A DNA stretch of 64,000 bases from an uncultured Bacteroides sp. (lineage in GTDB: Bacteria > Bacteroidota > Bacteroidia > Bacteroidales > UBA11471). Every line of letters begins with the position of its first letter. Positions within the stretch are counted from its first letter, which is position 1. The notes below the pieces were generated by a model. It made no database searches. It saw only the letters and a program-made list of their open reading frames with translations, and was not told the DNA's origin. The position numbers were made by a program, and so were the translations under genes. Location of the stretch: positions 2,521,285 to 2,585,284 of the forward strand of contig OZ007034.1 in assembly GCA_963931635.1 (NCBI GenBank), in the 5' to 3' direction. Of the stretch, positions 40,311 through 50,476 are shown in pieces.

Positions 40311-40709
40311 CTATATATTCTGTCTTCTCCTATCCTCATACAGGCCGAGTGAAAAAGCTGTAAAGAACGATTTATAATCGGCCGCATCTTCTTTGACGAT
40401 AAATTTTCGATACAACATCGGCAACGATACGGTCTCAATATCTACTATTATGACCGAAAACGGAGCAATATCCAATCGTAAGCCCATAGGTTCACAGGGT
40501 GTTGCCTGCCACATAAAATAGGCCGACTTGTCAAATGCCAACCACATATTGCCTATTCGATACAAATGTATCATATTGCGGTTCATCTGTTCGCGCCACA
40601 CAATATCTTCAAGGCGCACTGCCAGCAACTGGGCAAAACCGTTCTTACTCTTCCGTAGATTATCACTATACCCGACAAGTTTTCTCTGCTTCTCTACAAT
40701 CGTCTCCAT
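40311..40709 (-). CDS. Hypothetical protein (132 aa) at the 3' end of the capsule locus
   Basis: The ATG at 40709 gives METIVEKQRK.... It contains LYRIGNMWLAFDKSA, which by eye resembles the MutS domain-I motif FYRMGDFYELFYDDA. It lies 21-24 nt downstream of the last GT gene. Confidence 0.5.
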   Translation of the reverse strand: METIVEKQRKLVGYSDNLRKSKNGFAQLLAVRLEDIVWREQMNRNMIHLYRIGNMWLAFDKSAYFMWQATPCEPMGLRLDIAPFSVIIVDIETVSLPMLYRKFIVKEDAADYKSFFTAFSLGLYEDRRRQNI

Positions 40710-40733
40710 CACCAGTCAATATACTACAAAACG

Positions 40734-41516
40734 TTAGCGAGTCTTTACTCCGAACAGTTTCTGATAACCCAATTCCAACACCTTATAAGCATAGCGCAAT
40801 CCTTCAAGCAACACATTGGAATAAACGCCATTCTGTCGATATGCCCGAGAATGATCTTTAAAAATCTGCTTATGGCTGACCATCCCCGACGATGATGCTC
40901 CTCCGGTGCGCATGGTCACGAAATCCATGGGGATATACTTTATGCGAATACCGTTTACAAATATCAAACGCAGAAGATTCTCAAAATCGGCAGCCACCTT
41001 GAACGAGGTATCAAACGCCCCCCATCGCATATAGATTTTCCGCCGGCAATAAAACGACGGATGAGCCGGCATGAAACCCAGCCTCATCTGCCATGGACGA
41101 AATCCTCGAGAGGAATAATAACGTACGCAGGTGTGCAGGTCGGCATCATTGACATAATGAATGTCACCATAAACTGCATCGATAAGCGGATTTTCCAACT
41201 CTTTTACAATTCGTTCCAAGACATGGCTAGACGTGTAAAAATCGTCAGAGTTCAACATTCCGACCACATCGCCGGTAGCCATGGCAATTCCCTTGTTCAT
41301 GGCATCATAAATTCCCCGGTCGGGCTCACTCACACAACGCAGCCGATCTCCAAAAGCCGGTCGATAATGCTCTACTATATCGAGCGTATCGTCGTGCGAT
41401 GCCCCATCGATTATCAGATACTCGATATCCTTATACGTCTGGTTGAGAACACTCTCTATCGTATCCTTCAATGTCTTGCCACTATTATAAGTGGCGGTGA
41501 TAATCGATATTTTCAT
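40734..41516 (-). CDS. Glycosyltransferase family 2
   Basis: 260 aa. MKISIITATYNSGKTLKDTIESVLNQTYKDIEYLIIDGASHDDT...NSDD. Confidence 0.85.
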   Translation of the reverse strand: MKISIITATYNSGKTLKDTIESVLNQTYKDIEYLIIDGASHDDTLDIVEHYRPAFGDRLRCVSEPDRGIYDAMNKGIAMATGDVVGMLNSDDFYTSSHVLERIVKELENPLIDAVYGDIHYVNDADLHTCVRYYSSRGFRPWQMRLGFMPAHPSFYCRRKIYMRWGAFDTSFKVAADFENLLRLIFVNGIRIKYIPMDFVTMRTGGASSSGMVSHKQIFKDHSRAYRQNGVYSNVLLEGLRYAYKVLELGYQKLFGVKTR

Positions 41517-42427
41517 GCCATTTCCGATAAATCGATGCCATACCGTTCTTTCAGATACGACCGGATTTTCTCCTTGTCGTTGCCACAGGCCTTTTTTATT
41601 TCAAAAATCTTGGCATCGACAAGGGTGCGATACCACCAACCTTGAAGAAAAGTCCATATAAATCCGATCTTGCCATCCAAACAAGCCCCTTTAAAAAAGT
41701 AGCGATAACAAAAGTAGGCAAACGAACGCCAGAACAACGGCTGCCGGGCATACTTGTGTTTTTTCATGCGCTTCGACAGTGCCTGACTACTAATGCCTTT
41801 ATGCTCATCTGTTTCGGCCGCACCCGTCAGATTGAATTCTATATCCAGTAAATCGACTGCTTCGCGAATGGCATAATTCACATGCTTGTGACAGAACCAT
41901 GACAAGTCGTTCAAATTATGATCACAAAAGTCATGCTCAAACTCCACGGCACGCCCCTCGGTCAACAGGATATGCTCGTCCATCAACCGTTGTTCACACA
42001 AGCCCTTTCCATATTTGAAGGCACGCAGCAACTTCACCGGATAGATGCCTCTTTTCATCCACTCGCCCATAAAGATATGACGGCGATTGAATATCACACC
42101 ACTCACATCTTCGGGCAAAGAGGGTAACTTGTCTTGCAATTCCTGCACCAACTCAGGTAAAAGATACTCATCGGCATCCAATCGAAGTACCCATTGGGTA
42201 GAAATAGGAAGATTGTCCAGAGCCCAATTAAATTGTGCAGCTTGGTTACCTGGCCATTTATGTTCTACAACCTCCGCCCCTAAGTCTGTAGCAATTTCAA
42301 CTGTTTTATCTGTCGAGAAACAATCTACGACAAACACCTTCGAAGCAAAACGATTAACATTCTCCAGACATCGCCGAATATGTATCTCCTCGTTGTAAGT
42401 GAGGATAATCACCGAGATATCAAGCAT
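41513..42427 (-). CDS. Glycosyltransferase family 2
   Basis: 304 aa. ISVIILTYNEEIHIRRCLENV...VVDCFSTDKT...RLDADE. Confidence 0.85.
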   Translation of the reverse strand: MLDISVIILTYNEEIHIRRCLENVNRFASKVFVVDCFSTDKTVEIATDLGAEVVEHKWPGNQAAQFNWALDNLPISTQWVLRLDADEYLLPELVQELQDKLPSLPEDVSGVIFNRRHIFMGEWMKRGIYPVKLLRAFKYGKGLCEQRLMDEHILLTEGRAVEFEHDFCDHNLNDLSWFCHKHVNYAIREAVDLLDIEFNLTGAAETDEHKGISSQALSKRMKKHKYARQPLFWRSFAYFCYRYFFKGACLDGKIGFIWTFLQGWWYRTLVDAKIFEIKKACGNDKEKIRSYLKERYGIDLSEMA

Positions 42428-42484
42428 AAGTGTAGAATATCATTAAACAAGAAAACAAGATAATTTTTATAATAGGCCAAGAAA

Positions 42485-43033
42485 TTATTCTTTAATAACA
42501 CGTTTTTTGATAAACTTGGCCGGATTTCCACCAACAACCGTCCACGGCTCCACATCTTTAAACACAGCCGCCCGGGCACCCACAACAGCTCCTTCGCCTA
42601 CAGTAACCCCCATGCCAATAAATGCATCGGCCGCCACCCAAGCTTGATCCTCAATCACTATAGGAGCCGTAATTAAATGATTCAATGGGTCACTAATATC
42701 GTGTGATGCCGTACAGAGATATGCCCCTTGCGACACCGTTGTGTTTGCACCAATTTTTACCAAAGCCACATTGTAACAATCTACACTAGATGCCAAACAC
42801 GAATAACTAGCCATCACAAGATTGGCCGGATAATATATCTTAGCCGTAGAATATACAATAGCCGTTGCATCTATTTGAGCGCCAAACAAGCGCAACAGAA
42901 ATCGTTTCCAGCCACTTCCTACAGAACGAGGCAACCACCGCGCTCCTAATATCCATACCACGCTCCACAACACTCTTATCAGTTGATGTTTCCGACTTAA
43001 AGCATTATGGTACTGCGACAAATCAATCTTCAT
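42485..43033 (-). CDS. Hexapeptide-repeat O-acetyltransferase (WcaF-like)
   Basis: The ATG at 43033 follows the upstream stop by 1 nt. Left-handed beta-helix repeats IGANTTVSQGAYLCTASHD...IEDQAWVAADAFIGMGVTVGEGAVVGARAAV. Confidence 0.8.
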   Translation of the reverse strand: MKIDLSQYHNALSRKHQLIRVLWSVVWILGARWLPRSVGSGWKRFLLRLFGAQIDATAIVYSTAKIYYPANLVMASYSCLASSVDCYNVALVKIGANTTVSQGAYLCTASHDISDPLNHLITAPIVIEDQAWVAADAFIGMGVTVGEGAVVGARAAVFKDVEPWTVVGGNPAKFIKKRVIKE

Positions 43034-43034
43034 T

Positions 43035-44168
43035 TCACTCATAGACAAACTCCGGTTTCTCACCGCCATTCAGAATCCACGCATAAAGACGCTTCATCTT
43101 CAAGCCTAAGACCTCCACAGAATAGTTCTCTCGCATAAGTCGCTTGCCATTCACCCCCATTGCCAACCGATCTTCTGTCGAAGTGTGAATAGCCTGATAT
43201 ATAGCTTGATTAATCGATGATTGGCTGTTGTCTATCCACCAGCCACAATGATATTTCTCCAACACTTGCCAAGGTGTACCTTTTGATGCAATAACAGGGA
43301 CACCACGTACCAATGCTTCTGTTACAATATTCCCAAAGTTCTCAAAGTCACTGGGTACAGCCAAATAACTCAATGACATAATCGCATCATCTTTTTCTTT
43401 TCCGGTGAGAAATCCGGTAAAACGGACATTTCCAAGACCCAGTCGCTCCACCTCCTTACGGAGGAAGGCTTCGTATTGTATGTCATCAGCCCCGATAATC
43501 AGTAATTCGGCATCACGCAACTCATTGCGCAATGCATCAAAAGCATAAATCAATCGCTCAATGCGTTTACGAGGGTGTACACGGCCCAAATAGCCAATGC
43601 GCAGACGATTGTTTTTCGGGACAGGTCGTTCAATAATACCCGCAGTCTCTATGGGATTGGGCAATATGGCAACAGGATTGGTAAAACCCAAATCTCTATA
43701 ATATTTCATTTCTTCCTTGCACGTAGCCTGTATGCAGGCGGCTCGCTGCAAATCTTTACGTTGATAGATTGCCAACGATAATTTTTTCACCAGCGGCGAG
43801 TGTGCAAGTGCCTGTGGATAAAGCATTCCTCGGAGTGTCATCACATACGGACGATCGTTCCGACGCGAGTATGTAGCGACACTATGCCCCAACCATTGCC
43901 ACAATCCCTGTACATGATAAAGGTCATATTGTGGAAGATGTTTTAACAGATCAAGCACCCCAGGCATATAACCCAATCGGGCATTGGTAATAGGGGCGGT
44001 ATAATAGATGTTCACATCATTGGCTATCAACTTACCGTCAACATCTAAGGGAGGCATAATGATTTCGGCATCGACTCCATTCTCTTTCAGTCCCTTAATA
44101 GTGAGATATGTACTGAGTGCCGGCCCCCCCGACTTCACGTTGAGAGACCCTGAATGAATAATTTTCAT
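43035..44168 (-). CDS. Glycosyltransferase family 4 (GT-B fold)
   Basis: 377 aa. C-terminal half RIGYLGRVHPRKRIERL...PSDFENFGNIVTEALVRGVPVIAS. Confidence 0.85.
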   Translation of the reverse strand: MKIIHSGSLNVKSGGPALSTYLTIKGLKENGVDAEIIMPPLDVDGKLIANDVNIYYTAPITNARLGYMPGVLDLLKHLPQYDLYHVQGLWQWLGHSVATYSRRNDRPYVMTLRGMLYPQALAHSPLVKKLSLAIYQRKDLQRAACIQATCKEEMKYYRDLGFTNPVAILPNPIETAGIIERPVPKNNRLRIGYLGRVHPRKRIERLIYAFDALRNELRDAELLIIGADDIQYEAFLRKEVERLGLGNVRFTGFLTGKEKDDAIMSLSYLAVPSDFENFGNIVTEALVRGVPVIASKGTPWQVLEKYHCGWWIDNSQSSINQAIYQAIHTSTEDRLAMGVNGKRLMRENYSVEVLGLKMKRLYAWILNGGEKPEFVYE

Positions 44169-44181
44169 ATAGGAAAAATTC

Positions 44182-45181
44182 TTAATGAATACGTCTTGGT
44201 TCTCCTAAAAATAACATACTTGTGACCTGTTTTACTCTCAAATAGTGAATAACAATATTAATAGCAAGAACTAATATAGAAGACACAATAAGCATTGCGA
44301 CTACGATTATCCACCCGTTGTAATGTAACTTAAGAGTAATATATTCTCTGAAAATGGAAAATAAAGTATAATGTATTACATATATGCCTAAACTATTTTG
44401 AGATAGTTTATTTAATAAATTGTCATATTTAATCTTACCTATCTTTTCAAATAATAGAATAAGCCATATAGAAATTAGGCTTCCAAATAAAATACGTGAA
44501 AAGTAAGCAACCCATTTTGTGGCATCAAGATCTACCAAAGATGGATTCTGTGTACAATAAATATAGAAGTCTCTATTCCAAAAAAATAAATATGCTATAA
44601 ATATAATGCACCCCAATGTGATGATAACATTCCATTTTAATCTTATACTTACAATATCTATTCTCTCAAGAATTAAGCCAATTCCAAAAAATGGAATAAA
44701 GAATTTAACAAATTCGTTGCCAGGTATCAATAATGAGGCCAATGATAATAAAATTGTAGCTACCACATAATTTCTAATTCCAATACGATAAATAATTGCA
44801 TATATAACAGAACAGACAAATAAAGAAGATAAAAACCAACAAAAAGTTGGTAGTTTAATTATATCTATGAAATCTGGAATAGTGTTGGTTATTATCATTG
44901 ATATGATTAGAGCTGTCCCCCCCATACTAAATTGGGTATAATCAATCTCTTAAATTGTTTTATGATTAAGGGGAAGATTGCATTATCTATTTTTTTGAGA
45001 AAAGATATCCACTTATAATAATGAACAATGGCATATGAAATGAATATACAATACTATAAAATGTATTATTAAACGTATTGCCTGTTATATACTGGATACA
45101 ATGGCACCAAACAACTAAAAATATAGCTATGCCTTTTAAATAATCAAAAACAATAATTCTTTTCTTTAACTCCATAATCAT
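44182..45181 (-). pseudogene. Acyltransferase-3 family (membrane O-acyltransferase) split at two homopolymer tracts
   Basis: The N-terminal ORF (45181-44987) reads MIMELKKRIIVFDYLKGIAIFLVVWCHC...FHMPLFIIISGYLFSKK. A middle segment in another frame reads KKIDNAIFPLIIKQFKRLIIPNLVWGG. The C-terminal ORF (44925-44182) is polytopic. The breaks are at T7 (44990-44996, which is A7 in the coding sense) and C7 (44917-44923, which is G7 in the coding sense). Adding one base to each tract restores one continuous reading. Confidence 0.78.
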
Positions 45182-46521
45182 ATCTTTGATAAAGCGATAT
45201 CACTGACAATAAATTTTCGTTTGCCAGCAAAGTCTTCAAGAGAATCCGTTATTTCAATTTTGATATCAACCATATTCTTAACAAGAACGCGAAACTCTTC
45301 TGCGACTTTATTTATAACAAGTATATGTTCTTGCATATTGCTCTTGGGAACACATCTAAATTCTATCTCATAATTCATTTTTTGATATATCTGATAACAA
45401 GATATATGTTCGGAATAGTTATCACATATAGTTGTAAGATATGAACCATCTATTACATCTCCGTTAGGTAAATAGAGCATATCACTTGTACGACCTTGAA
45501 CAAAAGCTATTTTCTGAAAACCATCATAAGATTCTTCACATTCTTGTATTAATGAACTTCTATCTCCCAGTCGGTATTTAATCAAGGGAAATTCCACCGT
45601 ATTAAGATCTGTAATACACACATCTCCTAATGCTCCTTTTGGAGCCATCAAATCTCCATTCAGAATATCCACCCAAACATAATCATTATTGACCGTCAAA
45701 CAATTCTCCCCAGGCTTTTGGACCGCAATATTACCCATCTCGCAACACCCATACTGATCCATTACAGGACAATTAAACGCTTTTTCCAATTTCTGCCGTA
45801 CAATCTTTGTCAAAGGAGAACTTGTTGACCATACCAACTTTACTGATGAAATTTTTATGGTATTTTTTAAAATATAATCAGCTATATACTCCAATGAACC
45901 GCAATATCCAACCACCCATTGTATTTTTTTTGTCCGAATTTCCCCAATAAAACGATTTAATTCGTTGTCAGATATTCTTGTTGCACTTAAATATGCTCTT
46001 CGAGTAGGCCACCACAAAGCCTGATTTATCAACTTGTCTTTCAAAGAGACTGGGACACGCCTATGCACAATAGCTTCATTCATCCAAGGCGCTACACCAT
46101 ACCAATACAATGCTCTCCATGCTAATACCTCATAATGAACATTTTTTGACTTATAAACGACAAGAGGAGCTCCTGTAGACCCACCAGTTTTTGAGGGAGA
46201 AAGGCGACTTCTATCCGCTTTTACGGAAATCATATCCATACAATGCTCTCTAATCATCCATTTTTCTAGGACAGGGACTTTCGCCCAATCTCGTTCCGTT
46301 TTTAGCATTGAAGGATTAAATCCCCTATTGTCATAAAATTTCTTATAAAAAGGAGAATGCATATAAGCATCCTCTACAAGTTGCCTGCGTTTATCAAAGT
46401 CTTGTTTTTGGCGTTCAATAACCGATATTTCACAATAAGACATCGCTTGTTTAAAAACTTTTTGTGCTTGCGGACGACAAAAACGGTTTTTCATCCAAAA
46501 GCAATATTCTGCAAATCTCAT
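45178..46521 (-). CDS. Adenylate-forming enzyme, phenylacetate-CoA ligase / CapK-like
   Basis: About 447 aa from the ATG at 46521. SPSKTGGSTGAPL (AMP-binding Ser/Thr/Gly-rich loop)...YGCCEMG...GDRS pattern typical of the PaaK/CapK/F390-synthetase clade. Confidence 0.78.
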   Translation of the reverse strand: MRFAEYCFWMKNRFCRPQAQKVFKQAMSYCEISVIERQKQDFDKRRQLVEDAYMHSPFYKKFYDNRGFNPSMLKTERDWAKVPVLEKWMIREHCMDMISVKADRSRLSPSKTGGSTGAPLVVYKSKNVHYEVLAWRALYWYGVAPWMNEAIVHRRVPVSLKDKLINQALWWPTRRAYLSATRISDNELNRFIGEIRTKKIQWVVGYCGSLEYIADYILKNTIKISSVKLVWSTSSPLTKIVRQKLEKAFNCPVMDQYGCCEMGNIAVQKPGENCLTVNNDYVWVDILNGDLMAPKGALGDVCITDLNTVEFPLIKYRLGDRSSLIQECEESYDGFQKIAFVQGRTSDMLYLPNGDVIDGSYLTTICDNYSEHISCYQIYQKMNYEIEFRCVPKSNMQEHILVINKVAEEFRVLVKNMVDIKIEITDSLEDFAGKRKFIVSDIALSKI

Positions 46522-46526
46522 CGTTA

Positions 46527-47642
46527 TTACCAACCTTTATAATTATTTCTAATAATTTTTACTATCTCTGCTGCTTTAACCTCCGGTTTTATAAACTGGC
46601 ATGCATTGTACGCAGCTTCTGCTACCTTACAATATAAGTCCTTTTTTAATATCAGGTTTTCTAGTATAGTTGCAAGACCCTTATAATCATTTCTTCCAAA
46701 TATCATACCACAGCCATAATCTTCAACCATCTTGGCTCCACCCATACCTCTATTTACAACCAATGGCGCACCACACTGAAGGACATCGTTCAAACGCATT
46801 CCCCACGGTTCATAGTTACCGGTACCTACATATACCGAACAAGTTTCATATAAATTTATCAACGTCTTCATTTCTACAAATCCATGAAACTTGACATTAT
46901 CGAGGTGATTATGCTTTACATATTTCTTCATTTCATTTAACAATGGCCCCTCTTGTGTTATATCGCATTTTGGAGAGAGACCTTTTTGCCTCAGTACATT
47001 CAATGCCTTCAACAATAACATTGGTGAACGATGCCATTGGTGTATTCCGCTTAAGAGAATACTAAAGTTTTTCCAACTCTGTTCATCCCGTTTCACCAAT
47101 CTTGTATTTTCAATCCTGGGAGAATAATATCCACATGGTATAATTTTCGTTTTGGGCCAACCTATTTTTTCCAACGGCTCGAAATCATCGCCCGAAAAAT
47201 TAATTATAAAATCTGAAGCAGCAATCTGATTCTTTATTATGGATGGAAGAAAACACCTAATGTAGATATTTTTCAATATTCGTTTGTACCCTGTGGGCAT
47301 CATATTACAGGGCGCTTCTGAAGCTATTCCTATCCTACATCCCATATTTTTTGCTTCAATCATGAGGATTTGAAAAATCTTCACCGATTGATATGCGCCA
47401 AATATATGATGTGCCTCTCTGTGTTCATTCAGAATATTTCTAGCCTTATCATAGTCGTCACCTATGAACGTGATGTCCATATCAGAAAACTCATTCTCCG
47501 TAAAACCGACCTTTGTACGTAATTTTGCATTCTCTTTCCACACACACACTTTCAATGGTACACCAAACGCTCTCCCCACTCCCCTGTAAAAGGCAAGGGT
47601 AGAACGACAATATGAATGTGCCCAAACAACAAGTTCTTTCAT
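46527..47642 (-). CDS. Glycosyltransferase (GT-B fold, GT4-like)
   Basis: 371 aa. C-terminal VYVGTGNYEPWGMRLNDVLQCGAPLVVNRGMGG resembles the GT-B E-x7-E region. Confidence 0.7.
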   Translation of the reverse strand: MKELVVWAHSYCRSTLAFYRGVGRAFGVPLKVCVWKENAKLRTKVGFTENEFSDMDITFIGDDYDKARNILNEHREAHHIFGAYQSVKIFQILMIEAKNMGCRIGIASEAPCNMMPTGYKRILKNIYIRCFLPSIIKNQIAASDFIINFSGDDFEPLEKIGWPKTKIIPCGYYSPRIENTRLVKRDEQSWKNFSILLSGIHQWHRSPMLLLKALNVLRQKGLSPKCDITQEGPLLNEMKKYVKHNHLDNVKFHGFVEMKTLINLYETCSVYVGTGNYEPWGMRLNDVLQCGAPLVVNRGMGGAKMVEDYGCGMIFGRNDYKGLATILENLILKKDLYCKVAEAAYNACQFIKPEVKAAEIVKIIRNNYKGW

Positions 47643-48493
47643 CGTACTTTTATTGACAAGTAATGTACACTAAGCAACTTTCTATGTAAAAAACGGGTAT
47701 AGAATGTAGGCCTAAGAACCTTTAACACTCTCCATAGCTTCTCTAGAGCATGGTCTATCGGATAAGTTTCTTTAAGAAAAGAATGTTCTTTTTGTTTCTG
47801 TCGCCACGATGGATGACTCTTATCTGCTAAGACTGAGCCCGCAAAATTATGGCCCGACATTTTTGCATTTTCATGCAACCTAAGTCCCCAACAATATACA
47901 GGTATGCGCACAAAATAATCTTGATACGACAGATATCTATACCACAACTCTGTATCCATCATATAATGAAAATCTTCTCGCAGCAGACCTAATTCCATCA
48001 ATCGCGATTTCCGCATAAAAGCACTTGGGCCACCGTTTGAAAATAAATAATGTTTATTCCAAAACTTATTCTCCTTTTCAACTTTCCCTACCCGTATTAT
48101 ATGACCAGCTTTATTCATCCAAAGCACATTTCCCAAGAACCAATTTACCGAAGGATTACGATTAATACAATCTACAATGGATGTTAAGGCATTAGGCAAC
48201 AAAACATCGTCGGAATTTAACCATGTAACATACTCACCGGTGGCTCTCTTAAATCCTTGATTTATGGCATCGCTTTGGCCATTATCTTTTTGGCTTTGCC
48301 AATAAGATATGAACGGTTCATATTTCTTTATTATTTCTACACTATTGTCGGTAGAACCACCATCCATCACCAATATCTCAACATTCTTGTAGGGCTGATT
48401 TATAACCGACAATAATGTTTCCTCCAAAAACATACCTTGATTAAACGAAGGTATAATTATCGATATTCTAATCTGTTTCTTTTCCCGCTCCAT
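47639..48493 (-). CDS. Glycosyltransferase family 2
   Basis: 284 aa. ISIIIPSFNQGMFLEETLLSVINQPYKNVEILVMDGGSTDNS...NSDD. Confidence 0.85.
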   Translation of the reverse strand: MEREKKQIRISIIIPSFNQGMFLEETLLSVINQPYKNVEILVMDGGSTDNSVEIIKKYEPFISYWQSQKDNGQSDAINQGFKRATGEYVTWLNSDDVLLPNALTSIVDCINRNPSVNWFLGNVLWMNKAGHIIRVGKVEKENKFWNKHYLFSNGGPSAFMRKSRLMELGLLREDFHYMMDTELWYRYLSYQDYFVRIPVYCWGLRLHENAKMSGHNFAGSVLADKSHPSWRQKQKEHSFLKETYPIDHALEKLWRVLKVLRPTFYTRFLHRKLLSVHYLSIKVR

Positions 48494-49691
48494 ATTCTTT
48501 ACTTAAATTCATTTGTATGATCACTAATATGATATAAAACAATATGTTTAATCTATCCGAAAACGGAGAAAATAAAATATTCCAAATCGTCTGAAATGTT
48601 AATAAGACATTAATGCCTATAAGTTTTGTATTTAATAATATTCCGCCCCGGATAAATAAAAAAATAAGATATAATACATAAAACCAAAAAACTGCACCAC
48701 CTATACCCGCATATACCCATGCACCTAAAATATAAGAATGCCCAGGAAGTAAATCATGTCTATCTCTATTGGTTTTACTGTCGAACTGGCGGACTAATTC
48801 ATTTTTGTCCCTCGCGTAACTGCCGTATCCAACTATGGGATTTTTATAAATAAGGTATAAAGACTGAAAGGCATCGCTTCTACCCGAAGCAAGACCTTTA
48901 TCGGAATATTTTTGTAATACATATTTATTATAAGCCGCTTCTCCTAGATATTTATTACTTGCCAAGTATTCATATGTATAATAAATACCGACTAATACTA
49001 CACCAAACATTGCTATCAAATAGACCAATCTTTGCCTGTACTTTTTAATTCGATCGAATGAAGATCTTTTTATCCACTCAATAAATATGATAAGACTTAC
49101 CGCACATGTCATGGATAAAAAAATATTCCGACTCATATGGAATAATGACCATAAAGCAAAAGCTTCAATCACAATACAAGAAAGAAACACTCTTCCTCTA
49201 TAATACAGCCATCCCGATAGTGCAATAAACGCCGGATAGAAAGCATAGACACGCCACACATCAGCATCAAATTCGTTATACAAATCTACTCGCTGAAAAT
49301 AAAACGCAAATAATGAAGATATGCCATTTCCAATCCAAAACAATATAACCCTTTCAGGCTTATCCTTTAAAATCCAATAAACAAAAGGTATAAGTAAGAT
49401 TATAAATATTACATTAAACGAGCCTTTTAACGAATCAATTAAATTAATATCATTAAATCTGTCTGCAATAAAAATGCCTATTAACCATAATAAAGCCAGA
49501 AGAACGATATGATTCATTCTTTTATTTTCAGACAGGCCAAGTCGTAGACCTATAAAAAAATAGGAACAAAAAACCAAAATCTCACTAATACCAAAAGTTC
49601 CTAAGAATCGAACTTTTATCATAGAGAAGAGCCCTATAAAGAATATAAGGGTATCTTTTCGGTCCAATGCACTGAGTTTCGGTATGGCCAT
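48468..49691 (-). CDS. O-antigen/capsule repeat-unit polymerase (Wzy-like) membrane protein
   Basis: 407 aa with about 10 TM helices and a larger loop (…SGRSDAFQSLYLIYKNPIVGYGSYARD…). It sits between the flippase and the GTs. Confidence 0.65.
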   Translation of the reverse strand: MAIPKLSALDRKDTLIFFIGLFSMIKVRFLGTFGISEILVFCSYFFIGLRLGLSENKRMNHIVLLALLWLIGIFIADRFNDINLIDSLKGSFNVIFIILLIPFVYWILKDKPERVILFWIGNGISSLFAFYFQRVDLYNEFDADVWRVYAFYPAFIALSGWLYYRGRVFLSCIVIEAFALWSLFHMSRNIFLSMTCAVSLIIFIEWIKRSSFDRIKKYRQRLVYLIAMFGVVLVGIYYTYEYLASNKYLGEAAYNKYVLQKYSDKGLASGRSDAFQSLYLIYKNPIVGYGSYARDKNELVRQFDSKTNRDRHDLLPGHSYILGAWVYAGIGGAVFWFYVLYLIFLFIRGGILLNTKLIGINVLLTFQTIWNILFSPFSDRLNILFYIILVIIQMNLSKEYGAGKETD

Positions 49692-49738
49692 ATTCTTTTT
49701 TTACGACTAAAAATACACAAAAGGTATCTGCACTTTTA

Positions 49739-50476
49739 TCAATCTAGCTTCCTGCTTTTTTTAACATGCTCAATATAATCTAAATCTTCATTTGAAATAT
49801 TATCTACGCCTATCGATTTCAAACCTTTATAATAATTTTCAAATAGATCTTCCAGATATTCTCTTTTAAATCGCAAATTTTCGGGATATAAAAGTTTTTC
49901 ATGTTCTATAATTTGATCTATTGTAAACACTGTTGCAATAACACGAGCTGGACTTCCCACTACCACGGAATACGGTTTTACATCTTTATTTACCAAAGAA
50001 CATGCTCCTACTATTGCACCTCGGCCTATATGAGCTCCTGCTAGAAGGGTACAATGAGCTCCTATCCATACATCTTCCTCTACTATAATATCAGCCTCTT
50101 TATCGTTAACATGACAAACACTACTAACAAGACAAGAGACGGCGACAGTCCTTACATGATTTCCTGTGATTACCGTACAAAAGGGGGCTATTGCAGAATA
50201 ATCTTTTACAATAAATCTCCCTGTAGAATTTATTAAACAAAAATGATGTCTTATCATACAATCATATAAAAACACATTTTTAATATTTGCAGCCCTAAAA
50301 GGAACTTGAATCAACGTGTTTTCACTGAAATTTCCATAATTTGAAGATTTCCCAATTTTTATAAAATTGGAATATACATATTCTATAAACTTTTTTATGT
50401 ATCTCAGGATCCACAAAGCTTTCTTTATTCTATTCTTCACCATATACTTATTCATATCATTTAGACCAAATGCCAT
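49739..50476 (-). CDS. Hexapeptide-repeat acetyltransferase
   Basis: 245 aa. VEEDVWIGAHCTLLAGAHIGRGAIVGACSLVNKDVKPYSVVVGSPARV. Confidence 0.78.
   Translation of the reverse strand: MAFGLNDMNKYMVKNRIKKALWILRYIKKFIEYVYSNFIKIGKSSNYGNFSENTLIQVPFRAANIKNVFLYDCMIRHHFCLINSTGRFIVKDYSAIAPFCTVITGNHVRTVAVSCLVSSVCHVNDKEADIIVEEDVWIGAHCTLLAGAHIGRGAIVGACSLVNKDVKPYSVVVGSPARVIATVFTIDQIIEHEKLLYPENLRFKREYLEDLFENYYKGLKSIGVDNISNEDLDYIEHVKKSRKLD

Noticed and set aside
40311-40709. Assigning the 132-aa ORF as UpxZ
   Set aside because: It is at the wrong end of the locus, since UpxZ directly follows UpxY. It also has no resemblance to the UpxZ sequences I recall.
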